DNA of 64,000 nt. Origin: a virus. This document shows positions 19,968-29,250 of this stretch, one piece after another. Positions within the stretch are counted from its first letter, which is position 1. Each line of letters begins with the position of its first letter. The notes under the pieces are model-generated. The model was not told the DNA's origin. It ran no database searches and saw only the letters and a program-made list of their open reading frames with translations. The translations under genes were made by a program, and so were the position numbers. The DNA is taken from positions 1 through 64,000 of IMG/VR virus record IMGVR_UViG_3300046012_000505; one strand, given 5' to 3'.

Positions 19968-20475
19968 TCACGCCGAACCGATGCCGGGATACTTGCGATG
20001 CACGGCCGAGCGTACGGCAGCGCGTTCCGCCGGCGACCCGTTGCCCGATACGCGAGCCAGCGCATTCCGCGCGTGACTCGCATTCTCGATCGGATACCGC
20101 CGTCCCGGCAGCGCAAAGTCGCCGCCCGGGATGCGGTCACGCTGAGCGGCCGTCAGGCGGCCGCCGCGCGCCCGGTTAGGGACCGTCTTCCGCGTTGCCG
20201 GTGTCGGCGTCGTGATCGCGCGCGTTGGTGATCTTCGAGGCGGTCGACAGCGGGCTCATATCGGCGCCGGCGCGGCCGCCGCGCTTGCGGCCCGGCCGGT
20301 CTAGGCGATGCTTCTTCGCCTTGTGGTGCTCGCCGTCGACGTGCTTCTTGACCTTGCCGCCGTGCTTCTTCTCGTCGGCTTCCTTCTCGACCTCGGAGCC
20401 CTGAGCGTTGTACGGCTTCGGGTGAACCGCCGGTTCGATCTTGCCGCCCGCGGCCTTATGACGTGCTCGGCTCAT
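19968..20475 (-). CDS. Basic virion protein (99 aa, stop 20176) with ~70-aa C-terminal extension by predicted +1 frameshift at CCC-TAA
   Basis: +1 frame reads PNRARGGRLTAAQRDRIPGGDFALPGRRYPIENASHARNALARV...RKYPGIGSA and has no own start codon. Confidence 0.7.
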
Positions 20476-20533
20476 CTGCGAACTCCTTTTGCCCGGATCC
20501 GTGGGCTCGGGCGGCGCGAGGCGCCGCGAAAGG

Positions 20534-21463
20534 TTAGGCCTGGGTGACGCCGACCAGCCCCTTGGCCGTCGCGATATTCGCCAACTGCGGGGTTGCGCTG
20601 ATGATGAGGCGCCGCGTGTTGTTAGATGCCGTCTGCATCGCGTAGGTGCCGCGCACGTCGCCGGTGGTCGCCGTCGCCGGGTCGGTCGTCACAGCCGCCG
20701 TGAACCCGGTGGTCGCCGAGATCAGCGTCGCGTCCGGCATGTAGATCTGGACGTACTGGAACCGGTCGACACGCATCGGGAAGCCGATCGTGTCGCTCTG
20801 GCCGACGCTCAGGTTCGCACCCGACAGCGTGCCCGCCGGCGTGATCGAGGCGACGTACTTGAACGCCTTCTTGCTCGTCGCCACGCCCGTATTGGCGAGC
20901 GTGACGGTCTCCGTCACCGGGTACCAGTAGATGTCGTACCCGCGGACCGTCGCCGTGCCGCCGCTGTCGTCGCCGGCCGACGTGAACTGCAGCGCCCGCG
21001 CGAGCGCCTTCGTCGGATCCCAGAGGTTATTGCCGCCAGACTGCCCGAACGCCACCGCACCAGACTGGCCGTCGATGGCGAGCAGCCCCGTGACCGTCGC
21101 GCCCGTGTCCGACCGCGTGATCGACTGGCCGACGGTGATGCCGGCCGCGGTCGACGAAGCGAGCGTCAGCGGCGTGCCAGCGGTCGGAACCTGCGCCGCG
21201 GCGATCGCGTTCGTCGTGATCGTCGACGGCACCTGATCGATCAACACGATCCGGCTGCAGCCCAGCCAGCCATACGTGCCCGTCGACTTGCCGCCGGGCT
21301 GATAGGCGAACGGGTAGCGCGGGTCCATGATCCCGAGCCCCTGATCGAACAGGGACGGTCCGCGATGCGGATTGCTGTCCTGCGCCTGACCGACCTGGCT
21401 GCCAGGCGGCGTGGCGGCCGCGCCGAAGACGACCAGAGGGCCGGCGAGTGCGTCGAGTGCCAT
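20534..21463 (-). CDS. Structural protein
   Basis: Thr/Ala-rich, ATATTGDVRGTY motif, downstream of capsid gene. Confidence 0.7.
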   Translation of the reverse strand: MALDALAGPLVVFGAAATPPGSQVGQAQDSNPHRGPSLFDQGLGIMDPRYPFAYQPGGKSTGTYGWLGCSRIVLIDQVPSTITTNAIAAAQVPTAGTPLTLASSTAAGITVGQSITRSDTGATVTGLLAIDGQSGAVAFGQSGGNNLWDPTKALARALQFTSAGDDSGGTATVRGYDIYWYPVTETVTLANTGVATSKKAFKYVASITPAGTLSGANLSVGQSDTIGFPMRVDRFQYVQIYMPDATLISATTGFTAAVTTDPATATTGDVRGTYAMQTASNNTRRLIISATPQLANIATAKGLVGVTQA

Positions 21464-22527
21464 TACGCGGAGTCCTTCTTGGTCAGCGGGACGACGTTGT
21501 CCGGCGCCGGATCGGCTTGCAACGCGCGATGGCGCTCGAGGTAATCGGCGGCGGTGCGCAGCAGCCAGGGGTCGTCACCGACCAAGCCGAGCATCGCGTT
21601 GCAGGCAGTGCACAGCAGGTCGCGCGGCTGATCGGTCGCGTGGTCATGGTCGACGCAAAGCTGCTTGAGGGTGCCCTTTTGGCTCTGCCTCTCCGCGCGA
21701 CGACAGATCGCGCACGCGCCATTCTGCGCGGCGAGCATGCGCTTGTAGTCCCCATCGCTCAGGCCGAACCGGCCGAGATGGTAGTTCCGCTTGGCGGCGA
21801 CAGTTCCGTTCTCTTCGCGCTTCCACGGGAGCCGCCATGTGGCGTTGCCGGGGCCGATCGGGGCCGAATGCCTCACACGCATGAGCACATGATCGGCATC
21901 GGGCGGCTCGCCCATCTCGGCGAGAAACGCATCGAGCGAATCCCACCCGACAAGATGCGGCGCCCGCTGGATCGTCTCGTACCGAGCCCACCGCTGGCGG
22001 CGAGTCTCGCTTGGGTGACGAGGCATCAGCGTTCCGACGTCCGCCGGAACATCAGAACTCACCGCAGCATCATATGCAGCCGCCGCCTCCCCTGGCGTAT
22101 CGAAGACGCCGAGAAAGATGCGCCGATAGTTGCGCGTGAATGACGCGATCCACTTGCCCTTCTCAGAATTCCAGCTTACGCCCTTCAGGCCGCTGGTGTT
22201 CGTGCTGCGAATCTTGCCGCGGCGCGCAGTGGCACCTGCCGTCTCTTCGCGCAAATTTTCGATGCGCGCGTCGGTGCCGTCTCCGTTCCTCGGCACAACA
22301 TTGCCCGCAGGCCACTCACCGTGAACATAAAGCCACGCAAGTCGGCGGGCGTGATACTTCCGGCCGAATAGACCGATCAGCCAAGAATCTCTCCCGCCCG
22401 GATTGCCGGCCCTGGTGCCCACCGCTGCTCGATGGCCGGACGGCTTCTTCCAGGTGAAAACCCCGGTCGACGGATCGTAGCCCAGAACGTCGCGAAGCTG
22501 CTCTGCAGTGATATCGTCACGCGCCAT
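21463..22527 (-). CDS. Free-standing homing endonuclease: degenerate HNH + AP2 + endonuclease VII domain
   Basis: YDPSTGVFTW; NTSGLKGVSW...FLGVFDTPGEAAAAYD; QNGACAIC...CVDHDH...LLCTACN; SD GGAGG. Confidence 0.85.
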   Translation of the reverse strand: MARDDITAEQLRDVLGYDPSTGVFTWKKPSGHRAAVGTRAGNPGGRDSWLIGLFGRKYHARRLAWLYVHGEWPAGNVVPRNGDGTDARIENLREETAGATARRGKIRSTNTSGLKGVSWNSEKGKWIASFTRNYRRIFLGVFDTPGEAAAAYDAAVSSDVPADVGTLMPRHPSETRRQRWARYETIQRAPHLVGWDSLDAFLAEMGEPPDADHVLMRVRHSAPIGPGNATWRLPWKREENGTVAAKRNYHLGRFGLSDGDYKRMLAAQNGACAICRRAERQSQKGTLKQLCVDHDHATDQPRDLLCTACNAMLGLVGDDPWLLRTAADYLERHRALQADPAPDNVVPLTKKDSA

Positions 22528-22668
22528 GTCAATAACCTCCTCGTTAAGTCTCGAAGAGGATACTTCATAGCGACGGGCGCAGTCAACAGCGGTATTCTCT
22601 ACCGCCTCAACTCCATCCCGGATATGCGCAATCGCTGCGAACACGTTAACCGAAGCTCCTGTTATAGC

Positions 22669-23583
22669 TTAGGAAGTCGGAAAACTTGCGTAGGCCGCTC
22701 TCGGATTATAATATCCGAAAGAGTACCGTTCGTATCCTTTTACGAGCAAGTTATCAGTGGTGAACTCTACCTGCATATCGGTCTCAAAAGCGATTCGCTC
22801 CATGTACGCGAGGCCCTTGATGTTGGTCAGCAGGAACCACGCGAAGGCGCTGGTCAGATAGTCGTTGACCAGGTAGCCCTCAGGCAGGCCACCGGCGGTG
22901 CTGCGGATCGCGTTCACGTCGTTGTCCGCGGTGCCGGGCCGGAGCTCGGTCTGCAGGAGGCGGATGGCGATCGGCTCGAGCTCGGGCGGGACGATGAGCT
23001 TGCGGCCGCGCGCGTGCATCTTCAGGTTGGCCTGATCGATGAAGTTGCGGCGGATCGAGATCATGGCCGACAGCAGGGTCGCCTCGTTGAGGTCGACCTG
23101 GACGCTCGGCGTGTTGGCGTACGTGTTGCCGTCGACCGGGTGCGCGGTCGAGAACAGCGCGACACCGTCGCCGCCGACCGCGCTGTTGAGCACGTTGCCG
23201 GTGTTCAGCACGTTGGCGCCGTAGATTTCCTTCGTCTGCGTGAAGGACTCCATGAGGCCGAGGTTCGACGGCTGGAACTGCGTCTTGTAGAGGTTGTCGT
23301 CGATCGCCTTGCGGGTGATCGCGTAGCCAAGAGCGATCTCGTTGTGCTCCTGGTTGAACGTGAACCGCTGGCCCGCGTTGTTGTCGAAGGTCGTTGCCTG
23401 ACCTTCGGTTTTCAGCGCGGCGAAGCCGAGATAGCGCGCCTCGACCGTGCGTTCGAGGGCCATCTCCGACTTCATGTAGTCGAAGATCTTGTCGTATTGC
23501 TTCTCGATCTGCTGATACTTGCCCGTGACCTCGCGGAGGCCCGGGAACAGCAGGTTGGCGATACTCGCGAGTGCGACCGGCAT
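22669..23583 (-). CDS. Major capsid protein
   Basis: 304 aa after scaffold; LFPGL, ALGYAITRKAIDDNLY, GDGVALFSTAHP, KLIVPPEL, ERYSFG. Confidence 0.9.
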   Translation of the reverse strand: MPVALASIANLLFPGLREVTGKYQQIEKQYDKIFDYMKSEMALERTVEARYLGFAALKTEGQATTFDNNAGQRFTFNQEHNEIALGYAITRKAIDDNLYKTQFQPSNLGLMESFTQTKEIYGANVLNTGNVLNSAVGGDGVALFSTAHPVDGNTYANTPSVQVDLNEATLLSAMISIRRNFIDQANLKMHARGRKLIVPPELEPIAIRLLQTELRPGTADNDVNAIRSTAGGLPEGYLVNDYLTSAFAWFLLTNIKGLAYMERIAFETDMQVEFTTDNLLVKGYERYSFGYYNPRAAYASFPTS

Positions 23584-23604
23584 GGTTTGCTCCTACGCTA
23601 TCCG

Positions 23605-24219
23605 TTAGACGCCGGTCGTCCCGACCTTGAGCGCGCTCTGGTTCAGAACCACCTCAACCTGATTGCCGGCCGTGGTGATGTCCGTGCCATTGACGCCAGG
23701 CGGGTCCTGGACGAGGCCAATGAGGGTGAGCGGCAGCGTGTTGGTGGTGGCGAGCGAGGCGTAGTCGAGATACGCGCCGCTGATGCCGCTGAGCGCGTTG
23801 CCCGTGCCGACCTGCCAGTTGAAATTGGCGCCGAGGTCGGCGAGGACCGCGGGACCGCCCGACGCGCTTGACGCGCCGGTGCCGACCCAGCAGCGGAAGA
23901 CCACGCTCGGGTCGAAGCAGATGAAGGCTTTCGTGTCGACCGTCTGTGCGACACCGGCGTAGCTCTGCGCCCAGGGCGAGCCGGACGACGTCGCCTGCAG
24001 TTCGCAGCCGAGGAAGATGCCGAGCGTGCCCTGCGTCGGGATCGAGCCGATCGCGACGCGATCGATGTAGCCGCTGGCGAGGGCGACGACGGGGTCGCCG
24101 CGGAAGAATGAATGAGTGTTCGCGGCGGCGATGAGCCGTTGCGTGACCTGATCGTTCCAAGCGGCGCCATCGACGCGGCGCACAGGCTGGAAGCCGTTCG
24201 GGGAAAACACGTTCGCCAT
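23605..24219 (-). CDS. Capsid decoration / minor capsid protein
   Basis: MANVFSPNGFQP...FFRGDPV...GIFLGC; immediately upstream of MCP. Confidence 0.7.
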   Translation of the reverse strand: MANVFSPNGFQPVRRVDGAAWNDQVTQRLIAAANTHSFFRGDPVVALASGYIDRVAIGSIPTQGTLGIFLGCELQATSSGSPWAQSYAGVAQTVDTKAFICFDPSVVFRCWVGTGASSASGGPAVLADLGANFNWQVGTGNALSGISGAYLDYASLATTNTLPLTLIGLVQDPPGVNGTDITTAGNQVEVVLNQSALKVGTTGV

Positions 24220-24404
24220 GGCCGACCCTTCGGTCTTGACCTTGGCCGTCGCGAGCGTCGCGCGACTTAGGTTGGTGTGGGGGAGCGATCCGGCGGAGAC
24301 CGCTTAGCTTTGCTTCCGGTCCCGTGGCGTCACGGCAGAAGCGGGAACCTGGAGTGGGCCGGCCCGGCTCACTGTGCTGCCGAGGCAGCGAATTTCAGTT
24401 GCGC

Positions 24405-24457
24405 AGGATAATCGGCGAATTTGTCGAGCGCAAGAAAAATTATTCACGCGCTGTGGA
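24405..24457 (-). promoter_or_regulatory. Sigma70-like promoter of capsid genes with upstream palindromic operator
   Basis: TTGCGC-N17-TATCCT; TTCACG-CGC-TGTGGA at 24443-24457. Confidence 0.55.
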
Positions 24458-24484
24458 GGGCGCTCGCGCGCCCTCCCGCGACGG

Positions 24485-25057
24485 TCATTCCTCCGGCACC
24501 CGCAGCGGCTCATAGCTGCGGCCGAGTTTCGTGTTCGCGCGCACCGACGGATGGTCGCGCGTGAACGTGCCTTCCGGCGCGGCGCCGCCCTTGAGCTGAG
24601 TCTCCTTTCGATGGACCTGCTCCATTGCGTCATCGAACCCTTCCTTGCGCGCTTCCTCGGTCAGATAGGCCGGCCGCTCCATGAGCACCTGGCCGTCGAG
24701 CCGGATCGCGCCGTCCTTGTCGGCGACGTCGGGCACGAGCTCGGGATGGCGGGAGGCCGGCACCGGGCGCCAATGGTTCTCGCGCAGCGCGATCTGGTGC
24801 CGGCCGTCCGGCTTGCCATAGACCGACTCGCGCTTCCACTCGTACGACATCCCTGGCGGGATCATCGACTGCGGGATATGGAACGCGTCGTCGTTCCTGG
24901 TGCGCTGGCGGCGGAGCCGTTGCCCCTCGGCGCGGACAGGCTCGCGGGCTTCCGATGCGGCGCGCTGCTTCGGTGCGGCCTTGATGCGCGCGCCGGCGGG
25001 GCGCTGGGCGCGCTGCAACGGCTCGGCGGCTGTCTCGTTGCTCTCGCTCATGTCCAT
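24485..25057 (-). CDS. Conserved head-module protein
   Basis: IPPGMSYEWKRES...WRPVPASRHPE...GQVLMERP. Confidence 0.75.
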   Translation of the reverse strand: MDMSESNETAAEPLQRAQRPAGARIKAAPKQRAASEAREPVRAEGQRLRRQRTRNDDAFHIPQSMIPPGMSYEWKRESVYGKPDGRHQIALRENHWRPVPASRHPELVPDVADKDGAIRLDGQVLMERPAYLTEEARKEGFDDAMEQVHRKETQLKGGAAPEGTFTRDHPSVRANTKLGRSYEPLRVPEE

Positions 25058-25064
25058 TCCTTCC

Positions 25065-26096
25065 TTAGAACCGGCGGCCTTCGGCGATCGCCTTCTGTTT
25101 CTGCTGCGCATAAACCACCTCGGGATCGCGCGGCAGCTTGGTCACCGGGTCGACGCCGATGATGTCCGGCGTGAGGGTGAGGCGGGCGATTTGCCGCTCC
25201 TCGGCGGACAGTGTCACGGCGACGCGACCATCGCCGCGCGGGGCATCGGCGGTCGGCACGACGCGCGACGGCGCCGCGGCAGCGACGGGGCGGGCCGGCG
25301 CAGCGGCAGCAGCCGGAGCTGCGGCGGCTGCCGCGGCGGCCGCACGGTCGATGACGGGCGCGGCAGCCGACGACGTGGCATCGCTGGCAGCCGCCGGCGC
25401 CGACGCAGCGCCTGGCTGGCGCAGGCCCACCGCTTCCTCGATTTCCTTGTAGTAATCGGGGTGCGCGACCGTGATGCCCTTGACGCTTTCGAGATAGCCG
25501 GCGGTGCCGTTGACCTTGGCACGGAACGCCGGGTCGCTGAAATACTGCGGGTGCGACCGGATCCACGCGGCGCTCGTCGGCGGGATCGAGCGCAAGAACT
25601 GCTCCTGCTGCTCGCTGGCGCTGAGCTGCGCCGGCGCGTTCTTCTCCTGCTCGCGCTGACGCTCGATCGCGGTCTTGCCGTCCTCGAGTTGCACGAGGCG
25701 CGCGCCGGTGACCGACATCTTCTGCTGGATTTCGGCCGCTTTGCCGAACTCCCCAGCCTCCATGGCGACGGCGTAGTCCTTCGTCATCGTCTCGAGCGAC
25801 GTCTTCGTGCTGGCGAGCGCGTTGACCACCGAGTCGTACTCGGCGCCGCGTGCGGCGGCGGTCTGCTGACGCTCGCGGGCGGCGGCGTCGTTGGCCCGCT
25901 GGGTCGCATCGGCCGCAGCGCGCGCGTCGTGCGCCGACTGGTCGCGCAGCGCCTTCTTCTCCGCTTCCGACGCAGCCAGCTGCGACTTGAGATCGTCCAG
26001 CCCCTTCTGAGGATCGTCGGCGGCTACCTCGGCCGCCGCAGCGGCGCCGTCGGCCGAGATCACGATGGTCGTCGGCTCGAGAATTTCGTCCGGCAT
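25065..26096 (-). CDS. Capsid scaffolding protein
   Basis: Coiled-coil Ala/Glu/Gln-rich; C-terminal VTLSAEERQIA...YAQQK. Confidence 0.75.
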   Translation of the reverse strand: MPDEILEPTTIVISADGAAAAAEVAADDPQKGLDDLKSQLAASEAEKKALRDQSAHDARAAADATQRANDAAARERQQTAAARGAEYDSVVNALASTKTSLETMTKDYAVAMEAGEFGKAAEIQQKMSVTGARLVQLEDGKTAIERQREQEKNAPAQLSASEQQEQFLRSIPPTSAAWIRSHPQYFSDPAFRAKVNGTAGYLESVKGITVAHPDYYKEIEEAVGLRQPGAASAPAAASDATSSAAAPVIDRAAAAAAAAAPAAAAAPARPVAAAAPSRVVPTADAPRGDGRVAVTLSAEERQIARLTLTPDIIGVDPVTKLPRDPEVVYAQQKQKAIAEGRRF

Positions 26097-26109
26097 TGCT
26101 CGCCCTCGC

Positions 26110-26562
26110 TTAGTAGAACATGTCCGGCCGCGCGACCTTGCCGGCGATCAGGACGTCGTTGATGATCTTGCAGGGGACCTTTTCGAAGGTGCCCGGCGGC
26201 TGGTAGTCGACGTTGTGCCCGTCGCTGTACGAGAAGGCGACCCAGTCGCCGACATCGACCTTGTCGGGCCCGAAGTCGTTGCTCTCGTCGGACTTGAAGG
26301 CGAGATGCCCCATCGCGAGGACGAGGCCGATCTTGCCCTGCCACTCGTCCTCCTTCTTGGTGGACTCGGCAACGGCGAGATTGTCGCTCAGGCGGTCGCG
26401 GATGAACGTCGCGACGAGCACGCGCTGGCCGAATATCTGCAGCCCCTTGAGGTCCGGGAATTTCGCCATGATCTTCTTGCGCTCGGCGGCCGGGTCGAAC
26501 CCCGACTGAGTTGCCGGCGGCACGCCGTGGATAAATCGCTGTGGCACCAGCAATCGTGACAA
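26110..26562 (-). CDS. GroES-like co-chaperonin
   Basis: GQRVLV...GKIGLVLAMG..AF...VDVGDWVAF...KIINDVLI; GGAGG before TTG. Confidence 0.75.
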   Translation of the reverse strand: MSRLLVPQRFIHGVPPATQSGFDPAAERKKIMAKFPDLKGLQIFGQRVLVATFIRDRLSDNLAVAESTKKEDEWQGKIGLVLAMGHLAFKSDESNDFGPDKVDVGDWVAFSYSDGHNVDYQPPGTFEKVPCKIINDVLIAGKVARPDMFY

Positions 26563-26563
26563 A

Positions 26564-26752
26564 TCAACCTCCAGTGAGTTGCTTGTTGACGTCCTCGGCA
26601 TGGCCGAGGGCTTCTCGTAGACCTGCAATGTGTTGGCAGCGACCCTTGTAGTCGGCGAAATCGGCAGCGGTGCCGTTCGCGACACTCTCGGTCGCCTCGG
26701 CGATTCGCTCGACGAGACGGGTGCGCAGCATGTCGAAGAATTGGTAGCTCAT
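26564..26752 (-). CDS. Small conserved phage protein
   Basis: G.AADFADYK..C..IAGL pattern. Confidence 0.7.
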   Translation of the reverse strand: MSYQFFDMLRTRLVERIAEATESVANGTAADFADYKGRCQHIAGLREALGHAEDVNKQLTGG

Positions 26753-26970
26753 GGGGTGGGCGACTCGGCGACAGGTTCGGCCGCCGGCTCATCGACCGCC
26801 ACCGCGATCATCACGATGCGGAACGGACCGCCCGGGAGATCGGCAAGCTTCATCTGCGCTTCCTTGAGCGCAGTGACCATGCTTTCCGCCGGGATCGTGA
26901 GGGTCTTTTCGTCTCCGCCCAGCGAGGGCTTGTAGGCGATATCCCAGCGCGGGATAGGGGGAGCGGTCAT
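26749..26970 (-). CDS. Hypothetical protein
   Basis: ATGA-coupled on both sides. Confidence 0.55.
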   Translation of the reverse strand: MTAPPIPRWDIAYKPSLGGDEKTLTIPAESMVTALKEAQMKLADLPGGPFRIVMIAVAVDEPAAEPVAESPTP

Positions 26971-27299
26971 TTTCGCTTGCGTCCCACCCTGCCGCCGCGG
27001 CGATCGCCTTCCGGCGCATCGAGCTTCGGGCTCACCGCGCGGGCGAAATCTCGGTTCTTCCGCAACTGCTCCTGGTTGTCCCGCGGCTCGCGCGCGATTT
27101 CCTCGTCGCTCACCGTGGAGCCTTCGCGGTAGGCGCCGCGCATGGCGCTATCCGCCGCCAGCGAGTCGGTGAATTTCCGGCCGCCAACCTCGATCGGCCC
27201 GCTGTTGCCGTAGCCGTCGGCCGAGCCGCCGGACGCATACCCGGCGCGGGCGAGGTACGCCTGCGCCTTGGCATGATGCTTGTTGCCAGCATGTCGCAT
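26967..27299 (-). CDS. Small basic virion-associated protein
   Basis: Translationally coupled; YASGG and RRGGRVG motifs. Confidence 0.6.
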   Translation of the reverse strand: MRHAGNKHHAKAQAYLARAGYASGGSADGYGNSGPIEVGGRKFTDSLAADSAMRGAYREGSTVSDEEIAREPRDNQEQLRKNRDFARAVSPKLDAPEGDRRGGRVGRKRK

Positions 27300-27493
27300 T
27301 ATTTGCGACCCGGCTCGCCGGCCTTCGAGCGCGTCGGCTCGGCCGCCATGTCATCGTGCCGTTCGAATTTGCGGGCGTTCGCCACGTAGTCAGCGTCCGC
27401 GTCGACATGCGCGCCGTTCGGCGGCATGCCCTTCGCCCGCTCGAGTTCGAGATCGACCGGGTTGATCCGCCCGCGCGACATCCCGCCTGTCAT
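27299..27493 (-). CDS. Hypothetical protein
   Basis: MTGGMSRGRINPVDL...; coupled to neighbours. Confidence 0.5.
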   Translation of the reverse strand: MTGGMSRGRINPVDLELERAKGMPPNGAHVDADADYVANARKFERHDDMAAEPTRSKAGEPGRK

Positions 27494-28110
27494 CGAGCGC
27501 CCTTCCGGACCGCCGGGATATCCTCGCCGGTCGGCTTCTTGCCGTAGGCGCGAATCTTCTCCAAGCGCCCCTCGCCGCTGCCGGCGCCGTCGTCGATGAT
27601 CGACTCGACCTTGCCGCCATCCTTGCGGCCGACGCGCCCGCCGGCCTTGTGCGGCATCCCCATCGGGGCGCCGGCGCCGACCGGCGGACCCATCGGCGGC
27701 CGCGGCGGCATGACGGGCGGACCGCCAGGCGGCGGACCGGGCGGCAGAACGACCGGCGGGTGCGGCGGCGGCATCATGGCGGGGCCGGCACCGGCCCCGG
27801 GAGCGCCACCGCCCTGCGGTGCGATGATAACGTTGACCTTCGTGTGGCCGCCGCCCTTGGTGCGGCCGCCCTTCTTGCGGCCGGGGCGATCGAGTCGCAT
27901 CTTCGCCGGTCCGCCTTCCGCGCGACCGCCGGTCTTCAATTTCAGTTTGGTCTTCGGCTCGCCGGCATGATCGTGCGACTCGTGCTGCGAGATCGCGCGC
28001 TCGACCATGCGCTTGTCCTGAGCCTCGTCGTTCGCACGGCCCCCTGACATGCGGTGCAGCTTCTCGCTGTGATGCTTGCTCGACTGGCGGCGAAGGGCTG
28101 CGTGCGACAT
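27490..28110 (-). CDS. Basic Pro/Gly-rich virion-associated protein
   Basis: Several KxGG motifs, TKVNVII, GAGSGEGRLEK. Confidence 0.7.
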   Translation of the reverse strand: MSHAALRRQSSKHHSEKLHRMSGGRANDEAQDKRMVERAISQHESHDHAGEPKTKLKLKTGGRAEGGPAKMRLDRPGRKKGGRTKGGGHTKVNVIIAPQGGGAPGAGAGPAMMPPPHPPVVLPPGPPPGGPPVMPPRPPMGPPVGAGAPMGMPHKAGGRVGRKDGGKVESIIDDGAGSGEGRLEKIRAYGKKPTGEDIPAVRKGAR

Positions 28111-28292
28111 GCGGGCGCTCCGGTGCGATAGCCGCGCGGCAACGCCGCAGCGGTGGTGCTATCGCGTTCCCGATCCCGGAGCGCCCGGCCTCGATCACGC
28201 TAAACCGCCCAACCGCCAACCGGAGCACCCGGAGGTTTGGCTGGACAACGCCAGAACTACACGATGCGTGGAGAAAGCGCAAGCGGCCTGGC

Positions 28293-28913
28293 TTAGCTCT
28301 CGAGCGGCACGTTCCAGTAAAGCCAACTGCCAAAGTCCTCGCGGACGTCGGTCGGTAGGAACTCCAGCCCGGCGCGCAGCAGTTCCGCCGCCGTCGGCTG
28401 ACGCGGCTCCTTGAGCGGCCGCAGCCGACCATGCGCCGCGATTACGCCGCGCCGGCCACTGTGGTTGGCGTCCTTGTCGCCCTTCACGCCGTTGCAGTCC
28501 AGGCAAGCCGTCAGGATGTTCGTCCAGACGGTCTTGCCGCCCTTCGAACGCGGGACGAGGTGATCGAACGTGAGCTCGTTCGAGGGAAACGGCCCACCGC
28601 AATACTGACACCGGAATCGGTCTCGCAGCAAAATCGAGCGCCGGCAGAATTTCGGGGCGCCCGACACCGGCGCATACTGGCGAAGCGCTACGACCTTCGG
28701 GACAGCGACCGTGCACGACGGCGAATGGAAGAACGCATCTTCCCACGTCTCGACGACAGTCACGCGATCGCGATACTGCGCATGCACGGCCGCCTGCGCC
28801 GAGATCAGCGACAACGGCCACGTCGACAGCGGCTGGAAATCGGCGTTGAGCACGAGCGTGCGAAGCCCGGCGGCCGGCAGCGGTCTTCGTTGGGCCTCGC
28901 GAGCGGTTTGCAT
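28293..28913 (-). CDS. HNH endonuclease (McrA-like) at the end of the tRNA array
   Basis: TLVLNADFQPL...RRSILLRDRFRCQYCG...TFDHLVPRSKGG...ACLDCN..KG. Confidence 0.9.
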   Translation of the reverse strand: MQTAREAQRRPLPAAGLRTLVLNADFQPLSTWPLSLISAQAAVHAQYRDRVTVVETWEDAFFHSPSCTVAVPKVVALRQYAPVSGAPKFCRRSILLRDRFRCQYCGGPFPSNELTFDHLVPRSKGGKTVWTNILTACLDCNGVKGDKDANHSGRRGVIAAHGRLRPLKEPRQPTAAELLRAGLEFLPTDVREDFGSWLYWNVPLES

Positions 28914-28929
28914 GGTCGTCTCCGATGGA

Positions 28930-29004
28930 TGGTGCCGGATGAAGGAATCGAACCCTCGCCGCCTGCGTACGAAACAGGAGCGCTACCACTACGCTCAATC
29001 CGGC
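28930..29004 (-). tRNA. tRNA-Thr(CGT)
   Basis: Cloverleaf, CCA encoded. Confidence 0.85.
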
Positions 29005-29009
29005 TATGC

Positions 29010-29084
29010 TGGTAGGGCCACGGAGAATCGAACTCGCGATCTACCGGTTAAAAGCCGGCAGCTCTGCCATTGAGCTATGGCCCC
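29010..29084 (-). tRNA. tRNA-Lys(TTT)
   Basis: Cloverleaf, CCA. Confidence 0.9.
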
Positions 29085-29090
29085 ATAGTT

Positions 29091-29167
29091 TGGTGCGCGG
29101 CCCGAGACTCGAACTCGGAACATCCGGGATTTGAAGCCGGCGCCTCTGCCTATTGGGCCAGCCGCGC
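29091..29167 (-). tRNA. tRNA-Leu(CAA), short variable loop
   Basis: Cloverleaf, A73, CCA. Confidence 0.8.
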
Positions 29168-29170
29168 GAT

Positions 29171-29246
29171 TGGTGGTCCCGCCGGGAGTCGAACCCGGAA
29201 TCTCCCGCTTCGGAGGCGGGCGCTCTGTCCATTGAGCCACGAGACC
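29171..29246 (-). tRNA. tRNA-Arg(CCG)
   Basis: Cloverleaf, CCA. Confidence 0.9.
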
Positions 29247-29250
29247 ATGT

